Positions 40,523 through 51,700 of a stretch of 64,000 bases of DNA are shown piece after piece. This DNA is from Candidatus Brocadiia bacterium (GTDB lineage Bacteria; Planctomycetota; Brocadiia; SM23-32): assembly GCA_046538485.1 (NCBI GenBank), contig JBKHIT010000004.1, positions 64,001-128,000 of the forward strand. Reading direction: 5' to 3'. Made by a program: the position numbers and the translations under genes. The stretch's first letter is position 1. Every line of letters starts with the position of its first letter. The notes below the pieces were generated by a model. That model had not been told where the DNA came from. It saw only the letters and a list, made by a program, of their open reading frames with translations, and ran no database searches.

Positions 40523-41692
40523 ATGTCTGATTCGTTCACGGAAGTCACAGAAGAGGGTTGGCTCGGCCAGATCAGGAATTCGTTCAAATCGGTCCTACTG
40601 GGCATTATTCTTTTTCTTGCAGCATTTCCAACCCTGTTTCTTAATGAAAGTTGCTACGTTAAACGCAAAAAAGCTCTCAACGAAGGTAAAGGGGCTGTCG
40701 TGCATGTGTCGGCGCAGACCGTCGATGCGGCCAATGAAGGGAAACTCGTTCACATGACCGGCAAAGCAACCACTGATGAGATTCTCCAGGACGAAATGTT
40801 TGATATTTCAGAGAACGCCATCAAACTCAGCCGTGTTGCTGAAATGTATCAGTGGAAAGAGGAAAAAGAGACGGAAACTCACAGAAAAACCGGCGGTCGA
40901 AAGGTAACCGAAACTCACTATGAATACACAAAAACGTGGGCCGATTCCTTGATCAGCTCATCAAATTTTAAAAAACCCCAGGGGCATCAAAATCCCACCA
41001 CAAAGCCTTACAAAAGCAAGTCCTGGGTAGCCGAGAATATAAACCTTGGCGCCTTCAACCTCTCATCGTCTCTGGTCAACCGTATCGATGCCTGGGATAC
41101 CATTCCCGTGACTGAAGAACATCTCAACAAATTGCCGACAAATCTGGCTGAAAAATTCAAAGTGTCCGGTGGTTCATTCTATATGGGTGATGACCCCACT
41201 ACACCGACCGTCGGTGATATGCGAATCAGTTTCAAAGTGGTGAAACCTACTACCGTAAGTCTTTACGCAAAACAAATTGGGAAAACGTTTGAGCCATACA
41301 CCACCGAAGCAGGTGGAACCCTTGAACGTCTTCAAGTCGGGTCACACTCAGCGGAAGAGATGTTTGCTGCTGCCCAACGGGAGAACATCCTGCGACTGTG
41401 GGCCCTTCGGATCGGTGGGTTTTTGATGATGGCTATCGGTATAATGATGGTGTTTTCTCCGCTGGTAGCCGTGGCTAATGTCGTGCCATTTTTCGGTGAC
41501 CTTATCCAGGGAGGCGGATGTTTGCTCGGCGGAGCCCTGGGATTCGGGCTTTCGCTGCTTACAATATCTATCGCCTGGTTGTCCTATCGACCAATTATAG
41601 GAATTCCGTTGCTCGTGGTTGGTGTTGGCAGTTTCGTGGCGTTTGTGGTCGTAAAAAAGAAAGCACCATCACAGGAACCTTCCTCCATGTAG
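40523..41692 (+). CDS. TMEM43 (DUF1625) family membrane protein
   Basis: RBS GGAGGT; MSDSFTEVTEEGWLGQI, LFLNE, NEGKLVHMTG, RVAEMYQWKE, GDMRISF, C-terminal TMs with IAWLSYRP. Confidence 0.88.
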   Translation: MSDSFTEVTEEGWLGQIRNSFKSVLLGIILFLAAFPTLFLNESCYVKRKKALNEGKGAVVHVSAQTVDAANEGKLVHMTGKATTDEILQDEMFDISENAIKLSRVAEMYQWKEEKETETHRKTGGRKVTETHYEYTKTWADSLISSSNFKKPQGHQNPTTKPYKSKSWVAENINLGAFNLSSSLVNRIDAWDTIPVTEEHLNKLPTNLAEKFKVSGGSFYMGDDPTTPTVGDMRISFKVVKPTTVSLYAKQIGKTFEPYTTEAGGTLERLQVGSHSAEEMFAAAQRENILRLWALRIGGFLMMAIGIMMVFSPLVAVANVVPFFGDLIQGGGCLLGGALGFGLSLLTISIAWLSYRPIIGIPLLVVGVGSFVAFVVVKKKAPSQEPSSM

Positions 41693-41866
41693 TTATGAGG
41701 GCAGACGGCTCGCGTTCTGTTGTTGTTTTCGGGGTACGGCAATCGGTTCCGACAGCAAAAAAGGTGTTTCATTCTCCGGGGCCTTCTTCCGACCGGTGGT
41801 ATCCTCACCTTACAACATGCTGCCAAGCGATCCCATAGTATCTTTACCATACCCGTTCTCCATAAT

Positions 41867-42000
41867 TTGACATATATAGCAGCGTTGATGACAATAATGG
41901 GTAGTCGGGAATGTAATCAAGGGGGTGGCGTATTTTTTGCGCACGCATGCTGATACTGTCTTGCATTTTCATGGAACATTTTTGTTCAACGGGCGACCTA
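41867..42000 (+). promoter_or_regulatory. Candidate promoter region of the MoxR operon
   Basis: TTGACA-N17-GACAAT (41867-41895); GGAACATTTTTGTTC palindrome / ECF-like -35 at 41973-41987. Confidence 0.35.
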
Positions 42001-42017
42001 CTTAAGCAGGAGGTAAA

Positions 42018-43886
42018 ATGTCAGGATCACGCTATGACCCGCCTGAACTGAGTTTTCTCGCATGGGTATTATTCGCTGTATTCGCCGGCGTGTGTAATCT
42101 TTCGATCATAGCTACACTGCATGCCGGGGAAAAAGTGCAAGACAGCGAAACCCAGAAAAAACTGGTACCCGCCCGATTTTCGGTAGAAACAGATGATCTG
42201 GGGTTTCGGTGGGATCTCAATAATTACGGGATGGTAAGCGATGGCTCGAATGACTGTTTTGATAATGGCCTTGAGCTGCGTGTTAATAACACTCTCTTCC
42301 AGGCTCAAAAAGCGCAGATGACCAAAGACGAACAGGAATACTTCCTCACCCAACAAGTCGGTGACCTGAAAGTTCTGCGACGTCTTCGTCTCTTAAAAAA
42401 ACGGGGGGCCGTCCGCTATATCGAAATAATTCAGAACCCTACAGGGAGCCAAAAGACGGCGCAGATCCAGATTCGGACCCGACTCGGAGACGAAGCGACC
42501 AGCGTTTATACCAGCGGTGGAAAAGCTTTTTCGGGCGAGTTATCAAAACAAGATATAGGCCTGGTGGCAGTCCCCCAACCGCCCCACCCTTCTGTCATGT
42601 TCCTCATTGTCGGACGCCACAGCCGGAACCGACCCCAAATCATGACGCACGACAAACGTCGATTTTATTTCTCCTATGACCTGACTATCCCGCCCCGTTC
42701 AACACGCAGTATTCTCCACGTCGTTGCGCAAAGAAAACAAATCAAAGACTCTGAATCCGCACGAGCTTTCACGGCATTTTACCGGGGAGGCCCGTTTAAA
42801 TTGGGAATTCCGAAACACCATGCTGGAACAATTGTTAATTTCCGCTCGGGAAGCGCATTTTTGGGTAATGCGGGAACCGCTTCTGCACTCAGACCGATGT
42901 TAAATTTACTCAGCGACATCGGAATCCAGCGGTCCGAAAAGGATAAAATTCGCCTTCAGGGTGGTGGCACCCTCAATGGCACGATAAATTGTCAAAATCT
43001 CCATATTGAAACGCGTTTTGGGAAACTGACACCACCCCTACACGAAATCGGCCTCCTGGTCGGAGAAGGCACCGTCGGGCGTACTCCGATCCTTTACCTG
43101 CGTAGTGGCGAGATTTTGCCTGGACGCATTGAAGCCAAAGGGCTCCGGTTCACAGGTGAATCGGGCGTGGAAATGGATCTCGATCCAACCCGTTTGGACA
43201 TGTTAATTTTCCACAAAGCTAAAACGGATGGGAAACGTCCTGCAGGTTCTAAAGCCTACCTCTCGACTCATCCGGGCGAACGTCTGATTATCGGCGGAGG
43301 CGCTGAATTCAGATTGCGTTTTGCAACGCCATGGGGAACTTTGAAAGTCCCGACCTCACAAATTTGTGCGCTCGAATACCAGTCAAAACCGCAACCCCTG
43401 ACCATTTTAACCCTTACCGATGGCACATATCTCCCTGCTATCATATCGGGCTCCGATACCAAAATCCCCACGCTTCGCTTTGGTGAAATAACCCTCAAGG
43501 CTTCAAATATTTCCAGATTTTCTCCAGTAAAAAGCGGCACTGGATCCGACATAGATGTTCCCAGTAAAGCCCACTGCCTGCTGCTTGGGAACTACCGTAT
43601 GGTCGGCAAAATCGGCCTCGATCGCCTGCATCTGGAGTCTTCTTTGGGAACCACCGCTGTCAATCCCGACAAAGTTTTCTTGTTGGATCAAGTTCGCAGC
43701 CGCCCCGAAAACATCCGTAGCCCCGCATTCGCTGTGCGACTCAAGGGCGGCACTCGTATTAGCGGTGTGGTACGTGAGTCCGTTCTGCCAATACGTATCG
43801 GCGATCGAACCCTGCGTGTCCCGGTACGACATATCCTATCTTATCGGCAACCGAGTCTGAAACCAAAAGATTTCTTCGAATGGTAA
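42018..43886 (+). CDS. Exported hypothetical protein, paralog 1, with six tandem beta repeats
   Basis: RBS CAGGAGGT; hydrophobic N-terminus; GFRWD...DGSNDCFD domain shared with the next gene. Confidence 0.8.
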   Translation: MSGSRYDPPELSFLAWVLFAVFAGVCNLSIIATLHAGEKVQDSETQKKLVPARFSVETDDLGFRWDLNNYGMVSDGSNDCFDNGLELRVNNTLFQAQKAQMTKDEQEYFLTQQVGDLKVLRRLRLLKKRGAVRYIEIIQNPTGSQKTAQIQIRTRLGDEATSVYTSGGKAFSGELSKQDIGLVAVPQPPHPSVMFLIVGRHSRNRPQIMTHDKRRFYFSYDLTIPPRSTRSILHVVAQRKQIKDSESARAFTAFYRGGPFKLGIPKHHAGTIVNFRSGSAFLGNAGTASALRPMLNLLSDIGIQRSEKDKIRLQGGGTLNGTINCQNLHIETRFGKLTPPLHEIGLLVGEGTVGRTPILYLRSGEILPGRIEAKGLRFTGESGVEMDLDPTRLDMLIFHKAKTDGKRPAGSKAYLSTHPGERLIIGGGAEFRLRFATPWGTLKVPTSQICALEYQSKPQPLTILTLTDGTYLPAIISGSDTKIPTLRFGEITLKASNISRFSPVKSGTGSDIDVPSKAHCLLLGNYRMVGKIGLDRLHLESSLGTTAVNPDKVFLLDQVRSRPENIRSPAFAVRLKGGTRISGVVRESVLPIRIGDRTLRVPVRHILSYRQPSLKPKDFFEW

Positions 43887-43934
43887 AACCCTTAAACTCA
43901 ACTCTTCGAGCGTTCGGAGTTTGAAAGGAAAAGA

Positions 43935-45962
43935 ATGGTAAGCCGCAACTGGCCGGAGCCATTACCAGGAACATGCCCTTGTCTCAAGTTGCTCCTTATT
44001 GCATTAGGCATCATTACAGTTGCCGGGGGCTTTCGGACGAGCTGGTCTGCGCAGAAACTGGTAAACGCTAATTTCAACCCACGCAACGATTCAAAAGGTT
44101 TTCGCTGGGACATCGGTGCGCGTGGTTCTATCAATGATGGAGAAAATGACTGTTTTGACGGTGCGGCTCGCTTGTATATAAACGGCAGTCGGTTTCACAG
44201 TCGGAAAAACCAGATGACCAAAGATGGCAAAGAACTTGTGCTGAGTAGCACAACGTCGGGGGTTCAGGTAACCCGAAGAATTCGGGTGAAAGTCAAAGAA
44301 GCCGGTGTGAGATATGTCGAAATAATCAAAAATACAGGAAATGCAACCAGATCTGTTTCGCTCCGCATTCATACTCAGCTCGGCGGCACTCCCCAGATGG
44401 TTTTGAGTACTGAGGGACGCAAAAATGCAACGAACCTTAAAAAGAAAGAATACGGCTTCCTCGCCTGGCAAAGCAGTTCGCACCGACCGTCCTGCCTCTT
44501 TGTCCTGTCTGGATCGAGAAGCAGGATAAAACCCGCCATTAATATCAGTCATAAACGAACTTTTGAGTTTACTTATTCGTTGAAAATCAAGCCAGGCAAA
44601 ACGGTTTCCGTGACACACAGTATGGCTCAGCGCAAAATTGGCAACCCTCCGAAAGCCAAAGATATTGAAAAACTGTTTAAGCCGTTTTTGAGCCGAGATT
44701 GGTTGCGTGACCTGCCGACCGAAGTGCGCCATAGCATTGTGAACGCTGGTTTTTCACACTATCTCGGAGGCGCCGGGGAAGATTTTCAGACCCGGCTCGA
44801 ACGTCTGAATGTAGAGCGAGGGCAGTGCTGTATCCTCGCGATGGGATCACGCACACGACTCAAAGGAGACGTAAGTGGGCGCGGCCTGGTCATCGACACC
44901 GCATATGGCAGCCAGGCTTTCAAAATGGACGAGATCGCCGCAATCCGCGGCTCGGGAGCTGGCCCAGGAGACGGAGCTATCTTTTTACGCAACGGACAAA
45001 TATTACATGGCAAACTTCAGTGGGAAGAACTCCGATTCAATACCAGCGCGGGCCCCGGAATACTCCTGAAACCTGAGACCCTCGACCGGCTTGTTATGCA
45101 AAAAGAAGTTGAAGACGGGCAGCCACGGCCAGAAGTCACGCTCTTCGTTGAAACGCTTCGGGGAGACCGCATCGCCATCACTGAACAAACCGAAGAACAC
45201 CTTGAGCTCACCACACCCTGGAAAATGCGCAAAATCCCACTCGATGAAGTGCGATGGCTCAAAGAACTGAACACAGAAACCCCCGGTTACAGAATCGCAT
45301 TACGAGATGGCAGCTGCTTCTTCTCTTTTCTGGCCGGGACTCCGCTGAAACTTTATAGTCAGGATTTCGGGCTTCAGACGTTTCAACCGCACCAAATTCG
45401 GGGTCTGACAGCGGCACTCGGCCGGAAAGACAAAGATAGAACTGACATAACAGATCGCACCCAGCCTACCATTCTGCTCACCGGTGAAAATGTTCTCTCA
45501 GGGCGTATCGATAAAGATGTCGTCCATTTTGTGTCCAAAGGAGGCGTACTGCCCGTAGCTGCAAGTCAGATCCGTATTATGGAAGCTTTTTCAGAAGAAT
45601 CTATACCTCGCATCGGAAGCAGTTTCGAAGCACAGCTATGGGATGGAGGTCTGGTCAGCGGTGGGCTTAAAGAAACGACCCTGCCTATACGTTCCGGCAA
45701 TTGGGTGGCGCATGTCCCGGCGCAGGAAGTGCTGGAGATCCGCAACCCTTTCCCACGCGTTCCCGATACAATGCGCAATAAAATTGCGACTCTTATTCGC
45801 AAATTGGGGCATGCATCGTGGGAAGAGCGCGAAAAAGCTGTTGAAAAAATCCAAGATATCGGTATTCAGGCCAAACCGCAGCTCAAAGAAGCCGCCGATA
45901 ACGCAAAAGACCCCGAAATTCGGCGGCGAGCCCAAAAATTACTTGAGGATATTCAGGAATGA
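43935..45962 (+). CDS. Exported hypothetical protein, paralog 2, with six tandem beta repeats and C-terminal HEAT-like repeat
   Basis: GFRWD...DGENDCFD; C-terminal LIRKLGHASWEEREKA...DPEIRRRAQKLL. Confidence 0.8.
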   Translation: MVSRNWPEPLPGTCPCLKLLLIALGIITVAGGFRTSWSAQKLVNANFNPRNDSKGFRWDIGARGSINDGENDCFDGAARLYINGSRFHSRKNQMTKDGKELVLSSTTSGVQVTRRIRVKVKEAGVRYVEIIKNTGNATRSVSLRIHTQLGGTPQMVLSTEGRKNATNLKKKEYGFLAWQSSSHRPSCLFVLSGSRSRIKPAINISHKRTFEFTYSLKIKPGKTVSVTHSMAQRKIGNPPKAKDIEKLFKPFLSRDWLRDLPTEVRHSIVNAGFSHYLGGAGEDFQTRLERLNVERGQCCILAMGSRTRLKGDVSGRGLVIDTAYGSQAFKMDEIAAIRGSGAGPGDGAIFLRNGQILHGKLQWEELRFNTSAGPGILLKPETLDRLVMQKEVEDGQPRPEVTLFVETLRGDRIAITEQTEEHLELTTPWKMRKIPLDEVRWLKELNTETPGYRIALRDGSCFFSFLAGTPLKLYSQDFGLQTFQPHQIRGLTAALGRKDKDRTDITDRTQPTILLTGENVLSGRIDKDVVHFVSKGGVLPVAASQIRIMEAFSEESIPRIGSSFEAQLWDGGLVSGGLKETTLPIRSGNWVAHVPAQEVLEIRNPFPRVPDTMRNKIATLIRKLGHASWEEREKAVEKIQDIGIQAKPQLKEAADNAKDPEIRRRAQKLLEDIQE

Positions 45963-47740
45963 CTTCGGCAGACAAAACCATAAAATCACTGGCTGCCCGA
46001 ACGCAGAAAAGGCTTGTGTTCGTCAACTTCCTCAAAGCCTGTCGTCAAACCGGATTGCCCGTTTTTACAATCGCCTCGATTGGCACTCTCCTGCTCCGTT
46101 TGATGGGCTGGAGAGCTCCCGGTTTTTTGCCAGCCCTCCTGGTTATCGGAGTCTGGATTTTGGGCTGCGCAGTCTGTGCATGGTTCCAGAAACCATCTCC
46201 GGTTCAAGCTATCGCCCTGGGCGACGAAAAAGCAGAACGCAAAGAAATGTTTTTGTCGGCTTATTGCTTCGAATCCCTCCCCTCAATCGACGCCGGGCAG
46301 CAGCTACACCTGCAGAGAGCTCGAGATCGGGTTTCCGATCAACGATCTCACCTGCGCGACTTTTTCCCTCTTCCCTTTCCCGGCAAAAGCATCATCGCCG
46401 CCGCTTTCTTCCTGGTTTTCACCGCTTCAGGACTCTCGATACGAACGCTGCCACCAGAAGCCGCTTCAATGAGCGAAAAGGACCGACTGCGCGCAAAGAG
46501 AGTAGGACAAGACTTGAGCAATGCGATGAAAGGGATATCCAACGCGAACGCCCTGAAACCCGAGGAAAAGAGAGAGCTGCAGAACCTCAAAGCATCCCTC
46601 GCGGACGCGTCTGAAAAACTGAAAAATCTTTCCGAAGAAAGTCCCCGAGAACTTCTGGAAGAACTCGAAAAAAAAGCCCGAGAAGCCGAAAAACTTGCAA
46701 AATCACTGGGGAGCGGGTCGACCAACAAGCTCTCATCAGAAATGATAGCCGAACTCGAACGGCACGCCGATACAACCGATTTCGGCTCCGCTCTCCGGGC
46801 TGAAGATCTCAAGCAAATAGCGGACGAATCAGAAAAACTGGGGGAGAAACTCGACAGAGAGGATCTAACTCTGGAAGAACAACGGCGCATTGAAAACGCC
46901 CTTCGCAAATCTCTGGATAAAGCAAACGAGCAAGATCGCTCCAGCACGATCGGGCAGACTATAACAAGGGCCCAGCGAAATCTCCAGAACAGTAATTCCA
47001 GGGCTGCTGCAAAACAGTTTCGAAACCTTGCGCGTCGGTTTCGTAGAAAACACCAGAGAAATCAAACACAAAAAAATGTTCACGGTCTTGCGCGTCGGCT
47101 GCGCAACGCCGGACATCGCATTTTCGGCCAGACGCCGAAGGGTATGCGTCGATTGCCCCCATCCGACCGCTCTCCACGAGGTTTGCAGGGTTTCGGCCCT
47201 CCGATAGCACTTCGCCGAAGCCAGCCATCAACGGGACCGGAAGGTAATAATAAAGAAGGCTTGGCACTGCCTCCCGGTAACGGCAACAAACCGCCTGGGG
47301 GCAGCCTCATGTTCCCCTTACCCGGTGGCCAAAATGGCGATGGCAAAGGATTGTTACCAGGACAAGGCAATGAAGGCGGACTTGGCAGCACGCCGGTGCC
47401 GGGGGCATCATCTTCTCGTAACGCTAATGCCGGTAAGGGCGGGTTGGAAGCCGGGCACGGAACAGCTCCCTATGGCAACAAAAAAACCCGTCCATTTGAC
47501 CCGAGCAAAACGGGGGTTGTCTCGGCAGCTTCCGAGGGCGAAGGACCGTCGTCTCTCCGGCGTATGTCCGGAATGCCACATGGAGAAAAAGCCAGCCGAG
47601 AAGCACACGCACTCAATGTCACCGAATTCCTCCAAACCCAGGAAACGGCGCTCAACGAAAAATCGTTGCCTCTTTCGCGCCGCGACCAGGTGCTGAGATA
47701 TTTCACTGCCCTCAGGAGACAACTCGAAAATGGAGAATAA
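45959..47740 (+). CDS. Membrane-anchored coiled-coil protein with Gly-rich tail (MoxR-associated)
   Basis: Three N-terminal TMs, long coiled-coil, G/P-rich region, terminal LPLSRRDQVLRYF; overlaps both neighbours. Confidence 0.8.
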   Translation: MTSADKTIKSLAARTQKRLVFVNFLKACRQTGLPVFTIASIGTLLLRLMGWRAPGFLPALLVIGVWILGCAVCAWFQKPSPVQAIALGDEKAERKEMFLSAYCFESLPSIDAGQQLHLQRARDRVSDQRSHLRDFFPLPFPGKSIIAAAFFLVFTASGLSIRTLPPEAASMSEKDRLRAKRVGQDLSNAMKGISNANALKPEEKRELQNLKASLADASEKLKNLSEESPRELLEELEKKAREAEKLAKSLGSGSTNKLSSEMIAELERHADTTDFGSALRAEDLKQIADESEKLGEKLDREDLTLEEQRRIENALRKSLDKANEQDRSSTIGQTITRAQRNLQNSNSRAAAKQFRNLARRFRRKHQRNQTQKNVHGLARRLRNAGHRIFGQTPKGMRRLPPSDRSPRGLQGFGPPIALRRSQPSTGPEGNNKEGLALPPGNGNKPPGGSLMFPLPGGQNGDGKGLLPGQGNEGGLGSTPVPGASSSRNANAGKGGLEAGHGTAPYGNKKTRPFDPSKTGVVSAASEGEGPSSLRRMSGMPHGEKASREAHALNVTEFLQTQETALNEKSLPLSRRDQVLRYFTALRRQLENGE

Positions 47741-48755
47741 TCCAAACGATTACAAACCCCGGCAACTCGCATCCGACTTAGACAAATACCGTGACAAATT
47801 TCAGGAATTATTGGAAGGAATTCAACAAGCCATTGTGGGCTACGAAGATCTCATTACGGACACCCTCGTCGCCCTGTCGAGCCAGGGACATGTTCTGCTG
47901 GAAGGCGCACCCGGACTTGGAAAAACATACCTCGTAAGGGTCATCGCTCAAGTGCTGGGGTTGAGTTTCGGGCGCATTCAGTGCACGCCTGATCTGATGC
48001 CATCCGACATCCTGGGCACCCATATTGTAACAGAGGATGAAAACGGGCGCCGCGTCTTTCGATTCGAGAAAGGCCCCGTTTTTAAACATCTGCTTCTCGT
48101 CGATGAGATTAACCGAGCGACACCAAAAACGCAGGCAGCCCTGCTGGAAGTCATGCAGGAACGGCGCGTAACTGCCGGTGGAGAATCTTTCGAACTACCA
48201 GCTCCGTTCTTCGTGCTGGCCACCCAGAATCCGATCGAAATGGAAGGCACTTACCCCCTGCCTGAAGCTCAGCTCGACAGGTTTTTTTTCAAACTCAACG
48301 TTCCCTATCCGAGACGCGAAGAACTTGTTGAGATTTCCCGACGGACAACAAAATTTCAAGAACCGCAACTCGACGTTGTCATGTCCGGAGAAGAACTTAT
48401 CGATGCTCAAGAACTGCTCACCCATGTACCAATTGCCGATCCACTTACTTCGTATGGAGCTGCGGTGATACTGGGAACCCATCCCGACAATACTGACATT
48501 CCCTCCGTTCGACGCTATGTATCATACGGCGCAAGTCCACGAGGTCTCCAGGCGCTTGTGAGAGGGGCAAGAGCGCACTCTGTTCTCGCCGGACGAACGG
48601 CCGTATCCGTAGAAGATTTACACCGGGTGGCCAAACAGGCGCTCCGCCATCGCATTATCCTGAATTTTGAGGGAGAGGCTGAATCTATTGAGACCAACAC
48701 TCTCATTGAGGAGATCCTCGAAGAGGTGCCAACCCCCGCCAGAGAATCGGTGTAA
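47730..48755 (+). CDS. moxR: MoxR family AAA+ ATPase
   Basis: GHVLLEGAPGLGKT, RIQCTPDLMPSDI, DEINRATPKTQAALLE, ATQNPIEMEGTYPLPEAQLDRF. Confidence 0.95.
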   Translation: MENNPNDYKPRQLASDLDKYRDKFQELLEGIQQAIVGYEDLITDTLVALSSQGHVLLEGAPGLGKTYLVRVIAQVLGLSFGRIQCTPDLMPSDILGTHIVTEDENGRRVFRFEKGPVFKHLLLVDEINRATPKTQAALLEVMQERRVTAGGESFELPAPFFVLATQNPIEMEGTYPLPEAQLDRFFFKLNVPYPRREELVEISRRTTKFQEPQLDVVMSGEELIDAQELLTHVPIADPLTSYGAAVILGTHPDNTDIPSVRRYVSYGASPRGLQALVRGARAHSVLAGRTAVSVEDLHRVAKQALRHRIILNFEGEAESIETNTLIEEILEEVPTPARESV

Positions 48756-48757
48756 CG

Positions 48758-51700
48758 ATGAAAAGGACGGCTTTACTTATACCCTTTCTGCTCTTCCCTG
48801 CCTCCATTCTGTTCGCGGCTTCCGACTCAGGCAAAAACGAAGAAAAAAAGGATCTTCTTCGCAAATCTCGCCCTTTGCGGACGGTTCTCCACCGTGATCC
48901 CGCCATGAAAGCCCCTTTCGAACGCCTTTACAAAATGTATGTCGGCGCCGGGCACTGCGATACATTACTCAACATCTACCGAGAACATCTTAAAAAATAT
49001 CCCAGCGATCAAAATGCTCGCATCGTCCTTATTCGAATCCTGCTCAAAAATAAACCACGGGACGCTCTTACGGAGGCTCAAAACGCCGTTAAAATCGATC
49101 CCCACAAATCTTATTTCCACTTTTTGCACCACCGGGCCTTACAGGAAAGCGACCAGGAGGCAAAAGCGCTCGGCCCTCTGCAAAAAGCAATTGAAAACGC
49201 AAGGCTCCCTGCGCGCCGGCGGCGTTGGATTGAACGGCTTTTACAGGCGGCTTATGAACTGGATAAAAGCGAACTCTGCAAACAATACCTTGCGAAGCTG
49301 GCAAGACTCGGAAAAGGACAGCCATCTCTGCTCCTTCAGGCAGCTCAGCGGATGCAGGAACTGGCTTTTTATACGATGACACTCAAAACATTGGAAGAAG
49401 CCAGAGAGGCCCGTCCCGGACCGGAGGATTCTGTCAACATTGAACTCTTAGCGGCCGAGACTCATCGTCTGTTGGGAGACCGCGAAAAAGCCGCACAAAA
49501 ACTGGACCAGTTGCTGGTGCGGCTCACGCCGGATTACTGGCGCCGATTCGAGATCTGGCAAAAGCGACTCGGTCTTATTCAAGATGAAACCGAACGACAT
49601 CAACTTCTGCAGAAACTAAGAAAATGCGTCAAACAAAATCCCCATGACGGGACCGCTGTCCTGGATCTCAGCCAGCTTTTGGCAATGTCCAAGCGCCGGC
49701 GCGAAGCTGTCGAAGTCCTCCTTAAAGGAAGCCGACAAATTCCACGGTCCCTGAAAATCGAAAAAGAGCTTCTCAATTTATTTGACCTGATTCGCGACGA
49801 ACGCGGTCGAGAGAAATATTTGAGACGCCGACTTAAAAGGTTTCCCGAACGGCGCGACCTCCATTTTGCCTGGATAAAAACGCTTTTCCTGCTGGGTCAA
49901 TGTAACAAAGCCAGCGATGAATTGGATACACTTCTGGCTCAACTATCTCCCGCCGAACAGGCCCGACAGCTTTTGAAACTGGGCCGTTTCTTGCGACGAT
50001 CTGCGCTACCCACCGATGCTGTCCACATCCTTGAACGCTTGCTGAAAGTTAATCCCAACAATATGTCCGTGCGAAGAGAACTGGCCGAAATCTACCTCAC
50101 ACTCGGCGAAAGGCAGAGCGCACGGCGGATCCTGACAAAAAACCTGCCCGAAAATCCCACGACAGAAGAACTGCTTGATATCGTGCGGTTCATGATCTCC
50201 AAGAAACTCTACATTGAAGCGAGGTCCGTCGTTCGAAGCAAACTGGATGAAGAATCCACCAACCTGGACCTGAGAATGCTGCTCCTCACGATAGAAAAAA
50301 ATATTGGCTACTACTATGCGGGCCGACAACTCGTCCGGGAATCGCGAAAACTCGCGGATACAATTCCCAGGTATCGCCAGTGGCTTGAAGCGGCATGTGG
50401 GTTCCATGAGCACATGGCATCTCTCAATGACTTTCTGAATGACGAACGCAGAAGGATTATGTCGGCCCATAACCTTCGGCGTGAATTGCGGGGCACAGAA
50501 CTCAATTCGCTCAGCAAAAAACAGCTTGAGAAAATCGCTGTGTACGCGGAAATTGCCGGTCGTTATCATATGAGCGCGGAAGCAGTCTCCATTATTGAAA
50601 ATGCCCTCGCTTTCAAGCCCGATCGCAACCTCCGCGTGAAATTACGACGTCAACTTATTTCAATTCTTGACAACCAAACAGGCGAAACCAAAACACTTGA
50701 AAAACATCTGAAAGAACTCGCAGCAGAAGATCCTGATTCCCGCCATCGGTGCTGGCTCCGTCTTGCTCTGCTCCACGCCCAGGAGAACAATTCCAGTTCG
50801 GCGCGGAGAAAAATCGGCAATATCGACTTTTCGGCCATCCAGAATGCCGCCCTGCTCTCCAGAGCTTATGGCAAGTTGCACAACATGCTTGACGAAAAAC
50901 AACGTCTTTCTCTGTCCAGACAACTTGTGGAACTTGAACCCGGCTCTCTTTCGCATTGGGAGAAACGCCTTATGGTTCTGGCCGTATCCGCTCGGGAAGA
51001 AAAGCTGCGGTCCACCCTTGAGCAACTCCGGATCGGAAATGATAAAATTTCTCTCCCAGAAAAAACAAAAAATATTCTGAAAGCTCACCAGCTTGCCTCG
51101 TGCTGGCGTTCAATTGCGTATCGTCTCGCAGAAAGGCGCGCCAAAGATCTGCATCAAGCCCTTCGCCTGACCAAAGATGCCGCCGAGTTGATCTCAAATT
51201 CCGAGCAGAACCTCTGGGTGCGGTGGACACAAGCATATATTTTGAGAGTAATGGGAAGAAAAAAAGCGGCAAGAAACGCCACGGAACATTTCCGCAAAGC
51301 AACCCAGAAGGTGAAGGACAAACACGACTCGCCGTCAGTCATGATCCGCTTTCCAGATGGCCTCACTCTGGGGCGCAAGCACGCAAGAAAGCTACTTGGC
51401 AACAGTGAAAAAAATGATACAAAGCAAACCAAACCCAGTACCACTCATATTGATAAACCGTTGCGATTAAAATGGGCTTTTGAAAGCAATAGCGATTCGC
51501 CGATTACCGCAATCGAACCTCTTTCCAAGAACCGTATTTTGCTCTGTGACAGCTACGGCGAGCTGACCTGTTTGAATTCTCAAACCGGCAAACTGATCTG
51601 GCAAAAAACAGACCTGCTCTCCCCGGCAGAAACTTTCGTAAAAGCAGCAAGCACCGTTGCCAAAACCAATCCTTCTACGGTCGCACTCCGTTCAGGCCCC

